A DNA stretch of 64,000 bases from Deltaproteobacteria bacterium. Lineage in GTDB: Bacteria > UBA10199 > SPLOWO2-01-44-7. The notes under the pieces were generated by a model. That model did not search any database. It was not told the origin of the DNA and was given only the letters and a program-made list of their open reading frames with translations. This document shows positions 37,801 to 46,357 of the stretch, piece after piece; within the stretch, counting starts at the first letter, position 1, and each line of letters opens with the position of its first letter. Both the position numbers and the translations under genes were made by a program. Location of the stretch: the NCBI GenBank assembly GCA_016203765.1, contig JACQMB010000145.1, positions 72,964 to 136,963 on the forward strand. Direction: 5' to 3'.

Positions 37801-40800
37801 CGAGCTTTCTCTGCGTCTCGCCTCCGGCCTTCTCCTCCGTCACCCGGTTGAAGGGGTCGTAGACGAATTCCCTCGCGGTCCCGTCGATCCCTTTAATCCG
37901 CGTCAGGTTTTCATTGAGATCGTAGGCGTATTCCTCCGCCACCCACTTCTCTCTGTTGACCTGGAGTTCCTTCTTAATGAGATTGTCTAAAACGTCGTAG
38001 TTGTAGCGCTCTCTTAATTGATAACCGAGGTCGGCCGCGTTTAAGGCCCCCGCCACGTCGCGAGTAACTTCCATCAAGTTATCATTGGCATCGTAGCGAT
38101 AATAGGTCTTGTTCTTTAACGCGTCCTCCTTTTGCGCCACCAGATTGTCGGCGCTGACCCAGTAGCGGGTCTGGTTCCCCATAGGGTCCGTCACCGCCTG
38201 AATGTTGCCCCGCAAATCGTAGGCCAAACGCAGGGCGCGGCTCGCCTCCCCGGCGGTCTCCGTCAGACTGACCAAATCGGCCCCCTGATAACCGTAGCGC
38301 CTTGCCTTTTGACCCTCGCTCTCCGCTATCAACTGGCCGTGTTCGTTATATTCAAACACCGTAACCAAATCCCCACGCCTGATCTCCTTGAGCAGGCCCG
38401 AAGGGGTGTAGGCGTATTCCTCGCGGCGCTTTTCGGCGCCCGAAATCATTTCCCGAAAGAGGGGCTTGTGCAATTCCTTGTCATAGCCATAACGCACCTG
38501 AATCGTTTTGCCGTCTTCCCCCTTGACCCGCTGTTCCACCAGGTCCCGCCCCTCATAGCTAAACAGCTCTTCCTTCCCGCTGGGATAAATATGTTTAGTA
38601 ACAAGCCCAACATTATTATATTCAAACTTTTCAGGCGAATTCTTCTCCGCCTGATGGCTCAAGCGCAAGCCTTGGGCGTTGTGCTCATAGGTATGTTGAA
38701 CCCCTTTTCTGTCCCAAACCGTCGTCCGGCTTAACGCCGTGTTGACCGTCGGCTTCGAAGCCTTCAACGCCTGGTACTCCACGCGCATCTGAAGGCTCTC
38801 TTTCCCGCCGAACAACTGCGCCGTGATCTTGTCCTTCTCCAATCCCTCGGCCCCGTAGACATTCTTTAAATAGACCTGGCCTTTAGGGTCCATGATCATG
38901 TTAAGATTGTGATTGAGCCTCGGCTCCAGCAGGCCGCCGCTATAGGCATAGCGGGTTGTTTTGCCTTGAGGAAATTCATCCGAAACCGGCGAGCGGACCG
39001 ACACAAGGTCTTTTTGAACGTCATGGGTATAAACCACTTCTCTTCCAAAAGAATCCGCCACCGAGGCCAGCAGACCCTCATCACTATAGCGGTACTCCAC
39101 CGCCCGCCCCAGCGTGTCCACCACGCGCACCAAAACAATCGCGCTCCCGCTCAGACCGTATTCAAATCGAAGCGCGTTTCCATGGGGGTCTTCAATCTTC
39201 GTCAGCCGCCCCTCGCTGTTGAAATAATGCCGACTCGCGTCGGCTTGTTTCAAAACATATCCCCCCTCCGTCTTGCCCAGCTCCGTGAAAAAACCGCGCG
39301 GCGAATTAAAACCCTGCCTCTTTTCGTTAAAACGATACCAGTAGCGCAAACCTTCCGCGCTCTGATGGACCACATCTTTGTTGGAAGGATTTAAGATCAG
39401 CTTCTCGTCGTAATTGTGCGTCCAGTTGTAGCCCAGCGGCCCCATCCGCTCCCATTGATTCCGGTAATAACGCTTCAACTCATAGTCGAGGCCCCGGCCT
39501 CTCAATTTTAAGTCGGCCGCCTCCAACGCGTACTCCCCGCTGTACAAAATAACAGGGTCCAAAGGCGAATCGCTGTCGGCTTGAGGTGATTCATCAGTGG
39601 CCCCGGTCTGATCCTCCTTCGAGGCTACTTTTACTTCTTCATACCCGCAGGCCTCTTCGTCCCCCTCCGCGCAGGCCTGGGATTTTTCCTCCCCTTCCTG
39701 CTCCGGCGTTTCGTAACCCTCCTCCGGAGCCTTCCCCAAGGCCACGATCTGCTCGTCCATTTGGACTTTGAAATCGCTCAAGCCGCCCATGATCTCATCC
39801 AATTTCTCCTTGGCCTTCGACGGGTCCATTTTTTCAGAGAGGCCTTCCGCCATTTTAGCCAGCTCTTCCAGCTTGGCCTTCTGTTCGGGGGTCAATCCCT
39901 TCGCCCCATGCCCCCCGAATATCCCGCGCCCAGCAAAATCCCCGCCGATCATCATAAACGACCGAGGCTTCTTTTCCAATTGCCAGATCAAATGCTTGAT
40001 TAAATTGATTCCCGACTTGACCTCTTCGATGTCGATCCAAATGCAACACTTCACAGACCTCCTAAAGTGCTCGTGCGCCGCTACCGCCCATATCCCCGCC
40101 ATCGCGGGAGAGGGTATCTCGATGTCCGGAATGCCTAGCGTCGGCACTCCCTTCAGCTTGTGAAACTGATGTCCCAGATAATCCCCCGCCGACAAATTAA
40201 AAGGATTGGGCAGCTTTGACCCCTCCAGCATATCCTTCAAATTCGCCTCAATCGCCGCCAAATCGATATTCTTAACCGAATCCATCTTGTCCTTGATCGA
40301 CTCCATCGTATCCGCCGCCCCTTGGGTCAGATCATTCAGCTTCTGTTCAAAATTCGCCCCCAGCATGTCAAACATCTCTTTATCAATAAAATCCTTCATC
40401 CCATCCTTCGTCGCCAGGCCCATTTTTTCGGATAACTGGTTTTGAAGCGGCCCCACAAAACCGGCCGGATCGTCCGTCATGTTTCCGCCAAAAGTCCCCC
40501 TCGTCCATTCATGAAACGTCTTGTCAACCATTTCCCCCAAGCCATTTGTTGCCTGGTCGGTCACCGAGCTGATCATCTGCTGAACCTTCGCCGCCCCGTC
40601 CCCGGCAATATCCGCCCCCTTTAACACGTTATTGCGCATGAACTGATCCACCATCCCGGGAAATTGGATCTGCATCTGATTCTTGAATTCCTGCTTTAAA
40701 AATTCCCGGTATTCGCCGCTCCCCTCCCAGGGTTGGGACACTCGCATCGGCATGTTAACATCTCCGGGAGTATGCTCGCCTAGCGGCTTGGTTGGAACGT

Positions 40801-41080
40801 AACGGTCCCCATATTTCGCCACCCACTTCTCCCTGGCCTGCACCGCCCAGGACCTCATCTGGTCCGTCACCGCCGGCTGACTTAAAAATTTGTTCGCCTC
40901 GCCGCGGGCATACTTTCTCAGTTTCCCCATATCCATTGCCGTCTGATAATTAAACGAACGCAGGGATTGAATGCTTTCATTGATATCCTGGCTTTGGATG
41001 GATGAGACGAACGGCGCGGAGAGAAAGATGACGGCGGTGAGAATGACAACCCTCAATGACATTGTTGCTTTATTCCACAT
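34835..41080 (-). CDS. RHS/YD-repeat polymorphic toxin 1 (signal peptide, N-terminal domain, YD-repeat shell, RHS core, variable C-terminal toxin)
   Basis: Many YD repeats (YDALGR, YDANDNL, YDPFNR and others). RHS core end motif PLTYTGQYFDAETGLYYYKNRYYSPTLGQFTSKDPLGMIDGPNVYAY. AT-rich ~210-aa C-terminal tip. Start set at MWNK with a GGAGG RBS. The ORF-track upstream 37 aa is read-through. Confidence 0.9.
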   Translation of the reverse strand: MWNKATMSLRVVILTAVIFLSAPFVSSIQSQDINESIQSLRSFNYQTAMDMGKLRKYARGEANKFLSQPAVTDQMRSWAVQAREKWVAKYGDRYVPTKPLGEHTPGDVNMPMRVSQPWEGSGEYREFLKQEFKNQMQIQFPGMVDQFMRNNVLKGADIAGDGAAKVQQMISSVTDQATNGLGEMVDKTFHEWTRGTFGGNMTDDPAGFVGPLQNQLSEKMGLATKDGMKDFIDKEMFDMLGANFEQKLNDLTQGAADTMESIKDKMDSVKNIDLAAIEANLKDMLEGSKLPNPFNLSAGDYLGHQFHKLKGVPTLGIPDIEIPSPAMAGIWAVAAHEHFRRSVKCCIWIDIEEVKSGINLIKHLIWQLEKKPRSFMMIGGDFAGRGIFGGHGAKGLTPEQKAKLEELAKMAEGLSEKMDPSKAKEKLDEIMGGLSDFKVQMDEQIVALGKAPEEGYETPEQEGEEKSQACAEGDEEACGYEEVKVASKEDQTGATDESPQADSDSPLDPVILYSGEYALEAADLKLRGRGLDYELKRYYRNQWERMGPLGYNWTHNYDEKLILNPSNKDVVHQSAEGLRYWYRFNEKRQGFNSPRGFFTELGKTEGGYVLKQADASRHYFNSEGRLTKIEDPHGNALRFEYGLSGSAIVLVRVVDTLGRAVEYRYSDEGLLASVADSFGREVVYTHDVQKDLVSVRSPVSDEFPQGKTTRYAYSGGLLEPRLNHNLNMIMDPKGQVYLKNVYGAEGLEKDKITAQLFGGKESLQMRVEYQALKASKPTVNTALSRTTVWDRKGVQHTYEHNAQGLRLSHQAEKNSPEKFEYNNVGLVTKHIYPSGKEELFSYEGRDLVEQRVKGEDGKTIQVRYGYDKELHKPLFREMISGAEKRREEYAYTPSGLLKEIRRGDLVTVFEYNEHGQLIAESEGQKARRYGYQGADLVSLTETAGEASRALRLAYDLRGNIQAVTDPMGNQTRYWVSADNLVAQKEDALKNKTYYRYDANDNLMEVTRDVAGALNAADLGYQLRERYNYDVLDNLIKKELQVNREKWVAEEYAYDLNENLTRIKGIDGTAREFVYDPFNRVTEEKAGGETQRKLEYDADGFLIAESDAKGNRKEYQRDSLSRVAKFIDPLGSHLEIDYTGLGEIAGYQFKDAKAAILKEVRFAYDALGRKVSEEERLVGSAEGTQDWVKKEFVYAGPLLKEIRDPLGLAQKFGYNSFGEVAAIEDASGNAIQLSYDSRGLITERKIAKGLHSLSERYQYDALGQIVSQTDAKGASYQKIYNSLGQLIKEIDPLNQETLYYYDGIGRLLKEAQGTRERKLLWNNEVLEAFLDGQGNKVQYTYDSQGRKKTEVGADGVRREYAYDAAGNLTSLTAGQTKYDYTYDALNRLIERASGAYKQTYGYDPLGRLTAGTDLNDPADPTDDITSQFGYDNLGNLVQETLAGRTLKKRFDIRGQKTALFYPSGEEVTQSFDPAGWLENIQVNGQSVSQYQYALLGFTQKETLGNGITKNLNYDSLMQLVEENYQKEKNILSKLAYAYDLKGRVILKEDVKQKTWEVFGYNNLDQLEKVGKTEGPRGNKNSWDQAWSLAATKREYTYAAEGQWRSIIEKDGKKKEEVTNIASGAGFQYASFNGDPLAYDERGNLTSLNTQYLFEYDPFNRLTQVKDKATGKLVAKYTYDAHNRRVKKQVFFENVRMGPVAANETAVSNEAADAGPYIRSIEFVYDNWNLIEEYENGQLGNVYIHGKSLDEPVALKSGGRLFYYHRDRLGSITGLSDEHGRMAQRYEYGEYGALTARGPEPQPKLRTAAAKASDLAPIAPISNPLTYTGQYFDAETGLYYYKNRYYSPTLGQFTSKDPLGMIDGPNVYAYATNDPLNWIDSFGTEKGKKNELVETLLDVGQFVLDVGGLIPGIGEPLDLLNAGIYTARGDYTNAALSAGAAIPFAGWVATGGKFVNKGAKLIKAVDKGSDVTKAYGKIIPKGAYEKIIKEGGLPKKNWPTVGKFDDLRKVDLSKPDDIIKTIYNKNLQKDPKIRKYFEKGGELIEVKPSVRVKPAGKTNMGPKGIPQFKVEGPIKTDEIFIVN

Positions 41081-41411
41081 ATTGACCTCCTGATCAAGTT
41101 CCAAGGCCGTTATTTTTATTCTTGGCGGAACTTGATGAAAAGTTGCTTTATTGCACGAAAGTAAAGCAAAATTCGTGCCAGAAAATAGCAATATATTTTT
41201 TATTATAAATCATATAGATAGAAAATGCGTTTGACGTTGAATCGTGGTAATGTGTCTTTGGTTGGGACACAGTGTGCTAAAAGTAGGACACTTTTTGCAT
41301 GAGGCGCCCTCTTGGGCAGGTTATTATAAGTAATTGACAGTTTTAGGCTTTTTTTAATAATCTGAGGCGCACGGCGGTTGGCATTTGGTTTGCAGTTGCA
41401 AGAGAAGGTAC

Positions 41412-42164
41412 ATGGGGACAAAGAAAAAAACAGTAATAGCCCTGACCGCCCTCCTTTTTTTGGCCCCCGCCTGGGCCGGCGAGAAAGAATCAAAAAAGAA
41501 AAGCGAAATTTGGCTTTCCAATCCCGACCAGTATGTCTTCGACAAAATCGAGTTTCAGGAATCTTTTTTCATGCCGAAGACCGACCTGGTCGCAGGGCCG
41601 CAGACGGTCTACGGCTGGTTTGACCGTCTCACGCACCATTTCAGCTATGAGCAGGGAAACAATGTCCTGCTCCATTTCGAAGGAAAACATTATTCCAAAA
41701 AGTCGGGGGGTGTTTTGCCCAATTACGCGGTCCAGCTGAACATAGAAATTCCCCGGGGCCGCTTTAAGTCATGGGAGCGGATTGAGGCAAAGGATTTGAA
41801 GGGCTATCTCTCCTGGATACACCCCGATTTTCCCAAGGGGGATCTTTACATTCCGATCGCGGGGGGGTACGTTCAAATTCAGAAGGTCAAGGAGGGAAAA
41901 CTTTACGGCCACCTGGATTTGAAATTCGGGCACGAAAAACTGAAAGAGCCGATTCACATTTATGGCGGGCGCATCCGGGCCGGACGGCTCACCCGCCAGC
42001 AATACGCCTCCCTGCAGGAGGGGATGACGGAATCTCTCTACAAGGAGGCGGAAGGACTGGAGGAGATGCCGGTGCCGAAAGATCTGTTGAAGCCGGCCCG
42101 GAAGCGTTCCCGGCGCGGAGGGCCCAAAAAAGAGGAAGAGGCCCGAGGCTCGACGGCTTGGTAA
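41412..42164 (+). CDS. Secreted hypothetical protein, first gene of the Tad-like operon
   Basis: Signal peptide MGTKKKTVIALTALLFLAPAWA. Divergent from RHS-1. Confidence 0.45.
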   Translation: MGTKKKTVIALTALLFLAPAWAGEKESKKKSEIWLSNPDQYVFDKIEFQESFFMPKTDLVAGPQTVYGWFDRLTHHFSYEQGNNVLLHFEGKHYSKKSGGVLPNYAVQLNIEIPRGRFKSWERIEAKDLKGYLSWIHPDFPKGDLYIPIAGGYVQIQKVKEGKLYGHLDLKFGHEKLKEPIHIYGGRIRAGRLTRQQYASLQEGMTESLYKEAEGLEEMPVPKDLLKPARKRSRRGGPKKEEEARGSTAW

Positions 42165-42202
42165 TAAAGTTTTTTAAAAAACAAAATAAAGGAGGTGTTA
42201 TT

Positions 42203-42406
42203 ATGAAGTTCAAAGGACTCAAAAGAGATCAGCGGGGTCAAACCGCCACCGAGTATATGCTGATTATCGCGGTGGTGGTGCTGGGAGCTGTCGCCGGAGC
42301 CTCGATATTAATTCCGGAGTTTCGGGATGGGGTGACGCAGCTCTCCGCAAAAATTAAGAATATTCTAACGAATACTTCTACCCCAACGGCTCCAATTAAT
42401 CCGTAA
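42203..42406 (+). CDS. flp: Flp-family type IVb pilin
   Basis: 67 aa. Flp motif RGQTATEYMLIIAVVVLGA. AAGGAGG RBS 9 nt upstream. Confidence 0.8.
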   Translation: MKFKGLKRDQRGQTATEYMLIIAVVVLGAVAGASILIPEFRDGVTQLSAKIKNILTNTSTPTAPINP

Positions 42407-42434
42407 GCCTAAGGCGAAAAGGAGTTTTTAATAA

Positions 42435-42893
42435 GTGAGGGACGAAACGGGTCAGACAGTTACGGAGTTCATGCTGGTCCTCCCTTTTTTTCTGATGGTG
42501 GTTTTTACCGTCATGCTGTTGGCCTTCGCGGTGATCAAGGCAGAAATGGTCACGTATGCCACATTTTGGGGGGCACGGGTGGCAGAGGTGGGAGGGGGCC
42601 GCGCGGCGGAGGTGGACGACGACTACCAACAGGCCGCCCAGGAGGTATTGCCCGGTATCGCGATGAGCAAACAAAAACTCTTTGGGGTGGTTTATCGCAT
42701 GAACGGCTCTTACCACTTCAACCCCATTTTGGGAAAGGCCGGCGGCGAAGACAGCCTCAATTCCCCGCTGGCCGACCTGAATAATTTGGAAACGTGGGTT
42801 CCGCTCCACCTTTTTCCGAAGTCCAGACCTTGCGTTATTTTGGGAAATGACAACCCGATCGGCCATGATCCCTGCTACCCAAAAGAATTTTAA
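42435..42893 (+). CDS. TadE-like pseudopilin
   Basis: N-terminus ETGQTVTEFMLVLPFFLMVVFTVMLLAF matches the TadE-like pattern. Confidence 0.6.
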   Translation: MRDETGQTVTEFMLVLPFFLMVVFTVMLLAFAVIKAEMVTYATFWGARVAEVGGGRAAEVDDDYQQAAQEVLPGIAMSKQKLFGVVYRMNGSYHFNPILGKAGGEDSLNSPLADLNNLETWVPLHLFPKSRPCVILGNDNPIGHDPCYPKEF

Positions 42894-43791
42894 CGAACGA
42901 GGCCAGTTGGCGGTGCTTCTGGCCATGATCTTCCCGATGCTGATCATGCTCTTGGCCTTTTTCGTGAATTTGAGCCTGTTGATTCACAAAAAGGTAAAAC
43001 TGCAGACCGCCGTCGATGTCGGGGTCTATTCCGGCGCGGCCTCCCTGGCCTACGACCTCAATCACATCGCCCAGCTCAACCGCGAAATCAATGAACTCTA
43101 TCAGGGTGATCCGTTCGCCAACAAGGAATGCAAGTGGAATTCCCTCTCCCTGAAAGAGTATCTCGAAAAAGACAGCCTCCACATGTACTATATCGAAAGA
43201 AAATACATGCAGTATCTCAACGAGTTTCAGTCTTGTCTCGACACGATCGACGACATCAACAAGGAAGCGGTGGACAAGGCCCTCGCCTTCGCGCAAGAGG
43301 CCGCGCGGTGGACCTACTACAACGGGAAACCGCCCGCCGAGGACCCGGCCCGCTTCGAATTTGACACCCTCTATAAAAAGAGCGGCGACCCCATGATGGA
43401 ATACCGGTTTTACGTCACCACCGAATCGGGAGAAAAAATCGTCTGTAAAAAGTACGACAAGGTCACCTGCTTCGATTTTTGGCACGATGAGGGAAAGGAG
43501 ACGTACACCAAAGACGTCAACCTTCCCATCGCCAAGACCAGCCCGGTTTTTTTCGTGGGGCAGGCCTCCGCCAATGTCGGTTTCGGCAATCTCTGGTCGG
43601 AGAATTTCCGGGTGGCCGGCCGGCATTATGACGAGACCGGGAGCGGCCAAATCCGCCTCAAGACCTACGCCGCCGGCCAGCCGTTCGGCGGCTCCGTGGC
43701 CGGTTTTGACGACAAATATCGGGCGACGCTGGTCCCGATCGAAAACACCAAAGTCAAGGTGGGGGATTATCCGAATGGTTTTTGGCACTGA
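42847..43791 (+). CDS. TadG-like Flp-pilus assembly protein
   Basis: N-terminus RGQLAVLLAMIFPMLIMLLAFFVNLSLL...AVDVGVYSGAASLA fits the TadG N-terminal domain. Confidence 0.55.
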   Translation: MTTRSAMIPATQKNFNERGQLAVLLAMIFPMLIMLLAFFVNLSLLIHKKVKLQTAVDVGVYSGAASLAYDLNHIAQLNREINELYQGDPFANKECKWNSLSLKEYLEKDSLHMYYIERKYMQYLNEFQSCLDTIDDINKEAVDKALAFAQEAARWTYYNGKPPAEDPARFEFDTLYKKSGDPMMEYRFYVTTESGEKIVCKKYDKVTCFDFWHDEGKETYTKDVNLPIAKTSPVFFVGQASANVGFGNLWSENFRVAGRHYDETGSGQIRLKTYAAGQPFGGSVAGFDDKYRATLVPIENTKVKVGDYPNGFWH

Positions 43792-44104
43792 CAAAAAAGA
43801 AAATCAAAAGGGATTTGCCTCCTTTGAGTTTGCCTGGGCGGCCTTTTTTCTGACCCTTTTGATCATTGTCTTTTTTCGGTTTTTCGATATGTTGAACAAA
43901 ACCACCCGCGCCCTGATTGTGGCGCGCCATCGGGCCTTTGAAACGGTGGGCCGGCCGGCGGGGGGCGCGGTCAGGCAGGGCGAGATACCGAGCAGTGTCC
44001 CGCTCGATTGTGAGGATGGCCGTTGCCGGTTCAGCGCGTCGCCGGTGAGCCCGTTTTTTCCGGAGGGCGGTGAGCAGAACGTTTTTTTGGTTTTAAATCC
44101 CTGA
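43775..44104 (+). CDS. Second TadE-like protein
   Basis: GFASFEFAWAAFFLTLLIIVFF N-terminal pattern. The ORF-track upstream extension overlaps tadG in another frame. Confidence 0.45.
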   Translation: MVFGTDKKENQKGFASFEFAWAAFFLTLLIIVFFRFFDMLNKTTRALIVARHRAFETVGRPAGGAVRQGEIPSSVPLDCEDGRCRFSASPVSPFFPEGGEQNVFLVLNP

Positions 44105-44114
44105 AAGGAAAACC

Positions 44115-44942
44115 ATGGACTTGAAAAAGAAATTGATCTTCTCCGGCGTGCTGGGAGTACTGGCCTTTATCGGCATTCTCTCCTACGTGCGCAACAAGGA
44201 GCAACATCTCCTCCAGCTTAGTGAAATGACCTATGTCCTGGCGGCCGCCAAGGATATTCTGGCCAACACCCAGATCGATGAGACGATGGTCGGCCGGATT
44301 CAGGTCCCCAGGAAATTTGTTCAACCGATGGCGTTAACCAGCCTGCGAGACGCGATCGGCCGGGTCGCCTTCGCCCCCATTCACGAAGGGGAGCAGATTT
44401 TGGGAACAAAACTGATCCAGCTGGGCTCGCAGACCGGCCTGGCCATGAAAATCCCGGTCGGGTTCCGGGCCGTCTCCATCGCGGTCAACGAGGTGACGGG
44501 GGTCGCCCACCTGATCCGCGCCGACGATTTTATCGATGTGTTGGGGAGTTTTGATTTCGGCGACCAGGCCCAGGCCAAAAAATATACCTACACCCTTTTT
44601 GAAAATATCCAGGTCCTGGCGGTGGAACAGAATATGGGCGAGGGTTTTACCACGGGCCTCCCCAAGGAGGAAAAGGGGGAGGGCGTGTTGAGCCGCCTGA
44701 TCGCCGAGCAGAAGGCGGGGGGGCAGGGGATGACGCTGACGCTGGCCATGTCCCCGGAGGATGCCCAGCGCCTCGTTCTGTCCCAGGAAACGGGATCGAT
44801 CTCCGTGGCCTTGCGCCCCCGCTTCGGTTCGGACAACATCTTGAAGCTGGAACCGGTCACGCCGTATGACCTGACCGGTTTGAAATCATTGATCCGGCAG
44901 TCCAAACAACCGACCTACATGGAATATAGAGGGGGGCGATAA
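44115..44942 (+). CDS. cpaB: Flp pilus assembly protein CpaB/RcpC
   Basis: N-terminal TM, a SAF-like segment, then a CpaB-type C-terminal region. Positioned before the secretin. Confidence 0.75.
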   Translation: MDLKKKLIFSGVLGVLAFIGILSYVRNKEQHLLQLSEMTYVLAAAKDILANTQIDETMVGRIQVPRKFVQPMALTSLRDAIGRVAFAPIHEGEQILGTKLIQLGSQTGLAMKIPVGFRAVSIAVNEVTGVAHLIRADDFIDVLGSFDFGDQAQAKKYTYTLFENIQVLAVEQNMGEGFTTGLPKEEKGEGVLSRLIAEQKAGGQGMTLTLAMSPEDAQRLVLSQETGSISVALRPRFGSDNILKLEPVTPYDLTGLKSLIRQSKQPTYMEYRGGR

Positions 44943-44944
44943 AC

Positions 44945-46357
44945 ATGAGCACAAGGAAAATCATCTGCACACCGCTGTTGATCCTGATGTTGTTGTTGCC
45001 GTGGAAGGGCCGGGGGCAGGTCGCCGACCAGCAGTTGGTGGTGGGCCGGGCCAAGACCCTGACCACCGCCTACGAAGTCGGCGACATCGCCATGAGCAAC
45101 GTGGAGATATGCTCTTTTGTGGTGAGGGAAAATCGGCGGGAGATTTATTTGAATCCGTTGACGGAGGGGAGTACCACCCTGACCATTTGGGACACGGAGG
45201 GTAAAAAAAGAGACAGCTCCCTGCTGACCGTGGTGGCCGTGGACGTCGATGCCGGCCTGAAAGCGGCCCAGGATTTCACCAGAAACATTCCGGGGGTGAG
45301 GGTCTATCTGGAGGGTTCGACGGTCGTCCTTGGCGGCGAGGTCCATACCCCGGCCCATCTCAAACAACTGGAGGGCTATGCCGAAACGCATCCCGAGGCC
45401 CGTTCGGAGGTGAAGCTCTCCAGCCAGGCCATGAACGTGATCGCCAAGCGGATCGAGGAGGCGATCAATACGCCGGGCATCCAGGTGCGGGCGGTGCGCG
45501 ACAAACTGATCATGGAGGGGTTGACCTACTCCGACGATATTTACAAAAAAATCGATACCATCGCCAAACTCTATGCCCCGGAAATCATCAACCTGGTGGA
45601 GGTCCGCGAGGCCAACCGCCGCCCCGGTTACGACAAAACCGTCCGCTTCGACATCTACTTTATGGAGGTCAAAAACTCGGCGCTCCGGGCGTTCGGAATC
45701 AACTGGGCCCCGGGGGCGGTCATCCAACAGCAGGCTGAAAAGGGTGGGGGGTCCGGCGGAGGCGGTTTCCTTGGGGGCGGGTTCAACGCCATGATCGGTT
45801 TTGTGATGAATCTGGTGCCGAAAATCCGGTGGATTCATCAGACCGGCCGCGGCAGGATTTTGGAAAAGCCCTCTTTTATCGTGAAGAGCGGCGAGCCGGT
45901 CAACTTCTTCAGCGGCACGCAGGTCCCCTATTACGGGGAACAGGGGGTTTCCTTCAAGGAGGTGGGGATTAAGGTGAATGCCGAGCCGATTGCCGCGGGC
46001 GACGAGATCGACTTGAAGGTCACGGTCGACGTCTCCACCCTCTCCTCGACGGTCGCCGAAGGGATCGACACCAACAACGTGACCACCTCGGTCTTCGTGA
46101 AGTCGGGCCAGGCGGTGGTGTTGGGGGGACTGGTCCGCAACGCCGATGTCAAGACCTATAACAAGGTCCCGAAGAATCTGGATACGACCTCGGCCATCTT
46201 CACCCTGTTTTTATCGAGGGATTTTCAGACCAATAAATCGCAGTTCTATGTCTTCCTCGTTCCCGAGGTGCTGGAACAGCCCCAGGCGGCCGAGATGAAG
46301 CTGAAACGCTGGCTTGAAATCAACAAGGAAATCGAGCTGTCGCGAAAATTTAAATGA
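44945..46357 (+). CDS. cpaC: Tad secretin CpaC/RcpA
   Basis: Signal peptide. C-terminal secretin blocks FFSGTQVPY, VFVKSGQAVVLGGLV and FVFLVPEVL. Confidence 0.8.
   Translation: MSTRKIICTPLLILMLLLPWKGRGQVADQQLVVGRAKTLTTAYEVGDIAMSNVEICSFVVRENRREIYLNPLTEGSTTLTIWDTEGKKRDSSLLTVVAVDVDAGLKAAQDFTRNIPGVRVYLEGSTVVLGGEVHTPAHLKQLEGYAETHPEARSEVKLSSQAMNVIAKRIEEAINTPGIQVRAVRDKLIMEGLTYSDDIYKKIDTIAKLYAPEIINLVEVREANRRPGYDKTVRFDIYFMEVKNSALRAFGINWAPGAVIQQQAEKGGGSGGGGFLGGGFNAMIGFVMNLVPKIRWIHQTGRGRILEKPSFIVKSGEPVNFFSGTQVPYYGEQGVSFKEVGIKVNAEPIAAGDEIDLKVTVDVSTLSSTVAEGIDTNNVTTSVFVKSGQAVVLGGLVRNADVKTYNKVPKNLDTTSAIFTLFLSRDFQTNKSQFYVFLVPEVLEQPQAAEMKLKRWLEINKEIELSRKFK

Noticed and set aside
41203-41411. Possible divergent promoter between RHS-1 and the Tad-like operon (contains ggacacagtgtg / ggacact fragments)
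   Set aside because: No convincing -35/-10 pair or complete REP hairpin could be read. It is left as plain intergenic sequence.
42835-43794. 319-aa minus-strand ORF
   Set aside because: Exact antisense of the TadG-like gene. The sense strand carries the pilus-assembly N-terminal signature.
44915-45838. 307-aa minus-strand ORF
   Set aside because: Antisense to the cpaC secretin gene.
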